Below are positions 60,223-64,000 of a stretch of DNA of 64,000 nt, one piece after another. A program made the position numbers and the translations under genes. Source of the DNA: Gracilinanus agilis (lineage: Eukaryota); the NCBI RefSeq assembly GCF_016433145.1, contig NC_058133.1:210206993-210270992 (forward strand). The letters are read 5' to 3'. Under the pieces are notes generated by a model. That model did no database searches and was not told where the DNA came from. It worked only from the letters and a program-made list of their open reading frames with translations. The number at the start of each line of letters is the position of its first letter. Position 1 is the stretch's first letter.

Positions 60223-61134
60223 CTGTAAGGATGCAAGAGTGAGAGATTAGGGATACTCAATATAATCCAGTCTTCTCTGAAGGAACAATGATTGAGAGAA
60301 CAAATTCTGTATACAAATACCCAATTTATTCACACAGATGATTAATGATTTCCTATTACAAAGTCTTATTTTCAAATATTGCGATATTCTCTCTTCGATT
60401 TTTCATATTCATGAAATTGGTTTGGGATTTTTTTTACCTTATCTTTGTTAGGCTTGACTTAAAGAAAAAATTGAATATGGCTTTTCTTTTACTTTCAGAA
60501 ATATTTTATTTACTATAGAGATTAATTGTACTATGAGTACATATAGTTCAAGTGCTTTTTTATAACCTATTTTTCTTTCTGAAACTGATTTAGAATGTTG
60601 ATCTCCTACTTTGACAATTTAATTAAAAGTTCAACCATTTCTTTTATGTTTTAAGTTTTATTGATATATTGACAACCACCTTTCTTTATTTCCTTAGCAA
60701 TAATATAATTATAAACTCATAGATTTGGAGCTGAAATGGACCTCAAAGGCCATCTAGTTCAATATCTTCATTTTACAAAACAGGAAACTGAAGCCCAAAA
60801 GTTGAACAACTTGTTTAAGGTCACTCAGGTAATAAAGAGCAGAGCTGAAATTCAGACTCAGGTCCTCTGACTACAAATCCAGTGCTTTCGTTTGCTAATT
60901 GTATATCAATTTTATTGATCTCAGGGTAAAAAAAGATGTATTTATTAATGCAATTTTATTTATTTTTCTTTTCAAGAAAAATTATTTCTTAGCTTGTATA
61001 ACGGGGATGGGGATTGATCAATCTGAACTGATCAGGAAAATCACTGATCAAGCTAAGCCCCATGCAACCCCTAATCCCCCATCAATTTATGAATTTGCAG
61101 AGAGAAGACCTTTGTTAGAAGGGGGCAGCAATCT

Positions 61135-61320
61135 AGAATTATCACCACAGTGTTATAAAACTGTGTGGCCCCTTAGATCCAGCAATGCTAATATACTATT
61201 AGGTCTATTTCCTAAAGCGATCAGGTAAAAAGAACCTATATGTTCTAAAATCTTTATAGCATCTCTCTTTGTGGTGGCAAAGGACTGGAAATTGAAGGGA
61301 TGCCCATCAATTGGATCTGC
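61135..61320 (+). mobile_element. L1 ORF2 3' fragment (decayed)
   Basis: GATCCAGCAAT...TTTATAGCATCTCTCTTTGTGGTGGCAAAGGACTGGAAATTGAAGGGATGCCCATCAATTGG is characteristic L1 ORF2-end sequence. Confidence 0.75.
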
Positions 61321-61601
61321 CTGGAGTTCCTCTGGCATGGAAGCTATTGTCCTCTGCTTCTGGAATTAGCAGGGATGTGATACATTCTTTATAATCACAT
61401 GCTACATTATTCGTATTCTAAACATCCATAGTTAATATAATAAATGCTTGATAATTGATTTGTGATCTGCACTTTCCCCCTTTGTACTTCCAAAAGGGAC
61501 TTTAGCAAGGAATATGAAGACCTGGAAATACAATGCTTAAAATTCCTGTCTTTTTGATCATATCGATAATTTTTTTCTGACCTCGAATATGATCATTTTT
61601 A

Positions 61602-61817
61602 TTTTATTATTATTTTTTTATAAAACCTTTACCTTCTGTCTTGGAATCAATAAACTGTATATTGGTTCCAAGACAGAAGAGTGGTAAGGGCTAGGCAATG
61701 GGGGTCAAGTGACTTGCCCAGGGCCACACAGTTGGGAAGTGTCTGAGGCCAGATTTGAACCTAGGACCTCCCATCTCTAGGCCTGACTCTCAATCCACTG
61801 AGATACCCAGCTGCCCC
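61602..61817 (-). mobile_element. SINE1-type copy with TSD
   Basis: 16-bp TSD AATATGATCATTTTTA (61586-61601, 61820-61835). Confidence 0.9.
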
Positions 61818-62101
61818 AAAATATGATCATTTTTAATGGATATTCCATGAATAGTTTAAAAATAATTAGATTCCTCACTTGATTCATTTCTCTATAGCTA
61901 TAAAATCAGGTTTCTACCACCCAGCTACCAGAAGCAATGGCAATTTATAATGTACACAGCATTTGAGACACTTGTGTTTGCTAATGGAAGCCTGAGATTG
62001 GAGATCTGAAATATTCCAGGCTTGGATCTCTTTCCTCAATCTTTTATTTCCTTTTCTGAGGAAAAAATCAGTGGCTAGTTTTCCCAAAAAATGGATGCTT
62101 A

Positions 62102-62292
62102 AGGGCATTTAGGTGCCATAGTGGATAGAGTACCAGGCCTGGAATTGGGAAGATCTGGGTTCAAATTTGAACTCAGATACTTCCTGACTGTGTGACTATG
62201 GACAAGTCTCTTAACCCTGTTTACTTGGTCCTTGCTTTTCTGTCTTAGAGTTGTTACCAAGACAGAAAGTAAGGGTTTAAAAAAAAAAAAAA
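62102..62292 (+). mobile_element. CORE-SINE copy with A tail
   Basis: Repeat-family match. Confidence 0.75.
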
Positions 62293-63680
62293 GATACTTC
62301 CAGGCTTAAATTTACTTTCACTTAATACTGTGTTTGAGACTTATTGATTAAACTGTCCCTGGTGGTTTCCCAGCTACCTATTAGGAAAAAGACTTCCTTA
62401 AGAGCTTGCTTCTTCAAGAAGATGTCCAGCAAAAAGATTACCCTGTAACTTGGGGACTAAAGTCATGCAGTGAGGGGCCAGGAACTCTGAGCCTTGCCAG
62501 TTATGATTTTGTTGGGAGTTGCTTGTATAGTGTTTAGAATGGTGCCTGGCACATAGTTAGTGCTAAATAAAAATTTATTAACTCCCACAAAGCTACTCAA
62601 AATAAGATATAAATCAGGTATGGGGCAGCTTTTTATTTTCTCTAGCAAAGAAACTGCTTAAGATGCATAGATTCATGGTCACCAGGTATAGATATAGGAA
62701 ATTTAAAACACTCAATTTGTAGAAAACAGGATCTTAGGAAGGAGGAAGAACAGGGAAGGCGGGAGAGAATTTGGAACTCAACATTTTAGAAAATGAATGT
62801 TAAAAATTGTTTTTATATGTAGTTGGGAAAAAAGAAAAACTTTTTTTTTAAAGAAGGAAATAGAACAAGAATTCCATGGGACCATTGGAAAGAGAAGGAC
62901 AGGGTCCTTGGAGGATTAGGTTTGAGGCTGATAGGGATGAGGCAATATGGAAGTGTTATCCAGGGAAGGAAGCTTTATTTTATACAATTTGAACCTTATA
63001 ATCATAGGACTTCTGAGTGGGGCCATAGGGAAGTAGATTGTCATTCCCTTTCTACAAGCAATAGTAATGTTGATTGGATTATTTTTCTGTCTGCAAGAGG
63101 TGGAAAGAAGAGTGGTCATATGGATGGTGGTAAGGTGTGAGCAAGATGCTCATATTGGCTAGACCAAGATGTCATGGTGGGATGGCCAGATGGGATGACG
63201 TTCCAACTGGGATTTGCTATTTATTTATAGAAAATTGAAGTGAGGTTTGACTTACTCTCCAATCATATACAGACCCTTGCTTTAATTGTCACAAAATATT
63301 CAGTAGTTATTAAGTGAACAAAGGAGAAAGGATGAGTATGAGAGAGTGAGAATAGATCAGAGATTGTGTACAGAGAACAGTGGTCAAAGATTGTGATGTG
63401 AGAAAAAACCTCTGAGTGTGGATCCTTGAAGCTAATTCTTTTCTGGGTACTCAGGGGTTGGTTTCTAAGGCTTGGCCAAGGCAAGTCATCCCTGCCAGTG
63501 GATCTGGCCAGAGCTCTGGATCTTAGAATTACTAATTGCAGGAGGTGGGCAATGCTAAACAGATATTAAATTTGGTCTTATAATATGTATCTGAGTTGGC
63601 ATTTTCTGAGATACTTCCACTAACACTGAAGGCGTAAGAGGGTACTTGAAGCCTAGTGGATTTAGATCTTGGAATGTGTT

Positions 63681-63682
<2 letters not shown>

Positions 63683-63728
<46 letters not shown>
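63683..63728. repeat. (GT)n microsatellite
   Basis: Direct reading. Confidence 0.95.
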
Positions 63729-63729
<1 letters not shown>

Positions 63730-64000
63730 TGAGTCTCATCTGTCTATAGGGAATTATAGTTGTCTTAACAAAAGGCAGAGAGAAGGACCTGTAGGGGAGA
63801 GAGCCATACCAAGCATAAAATATAGTCACGCCTAGCATGGAATGGAGGAAGAGGATAAGACTTTTCTCTAGAAGTTCTTACATTTCTTACATTTTAGTGG
63901 ATTGCTTCCTCTCTCTGGGGGTCCTTTCCATATCGCACTGTAGAAGTTCTTGGGCAAAGCATTATGCTATGAAACTCCCTGAACACAAAGTTCTTTTTGT

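Noticed and set aside
63263-63484. ORF with a faint resemblance to a CD300 Ig strand (RISFKD)
   Set aside because: No Ig Cys/Trp pattern, no splice support, and wrong strand for the CD300 genes nested in eutherian RAB37; they should lie beyond the window
60223-64000. First exon of the distal RAB37 isoform
   Set aside because: Searched by eye and not found; presumably outside the window

Overview
This is vertebrate genomic DNA from a marsupial, almost certainly an opossum (didelphid), judged from dozens of ~190-bp SINE1/MAR1-type CORE-SINEs and marsupial L1 3' ends. It holds the conserved TMEM104 - NAT9 - NHERF1(SLC9A3R1) - RAB37 block (human 17q25.1) in reverse orientation. TMEM104 contributes only its first two coding exons (- strand) and shares a bidirectional CpG-island promoter with NAT9 (+, 6 coding exons, 203 aa). 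NHERF1 (-, 6 exons, 367 aa) and RAB37 (-, 9 exons, 224 aa) are complete. All exons were assembled by hand with GT-AG boundaries and continuous reading frames. Most notable observations: (1) an intact paralogous copy of RAB37 exon 2, 7 kb upstream of the proximal promoter, that rewrites switch I; (2) an NHERF1 lacking several regulatory residues known from eutherian work (T95, S280, S290, PP1 VxF motif); (3) a perfect 76-bp inverted repeat in RAB37 intron 6; (4) several young hAT/Charlie MITE families with 8-bp TSDs; (5) a ready-made 37-nt cryptic exon in the antisense strand of the dominant SINE. Comparisons to human or mouse proteins and repeat family names are from memory, not a database search. 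Repeat coordinates are approximate unless a TSD or TIR is quoted. No CRISPR, rRNA or true tRNA genes were seen.
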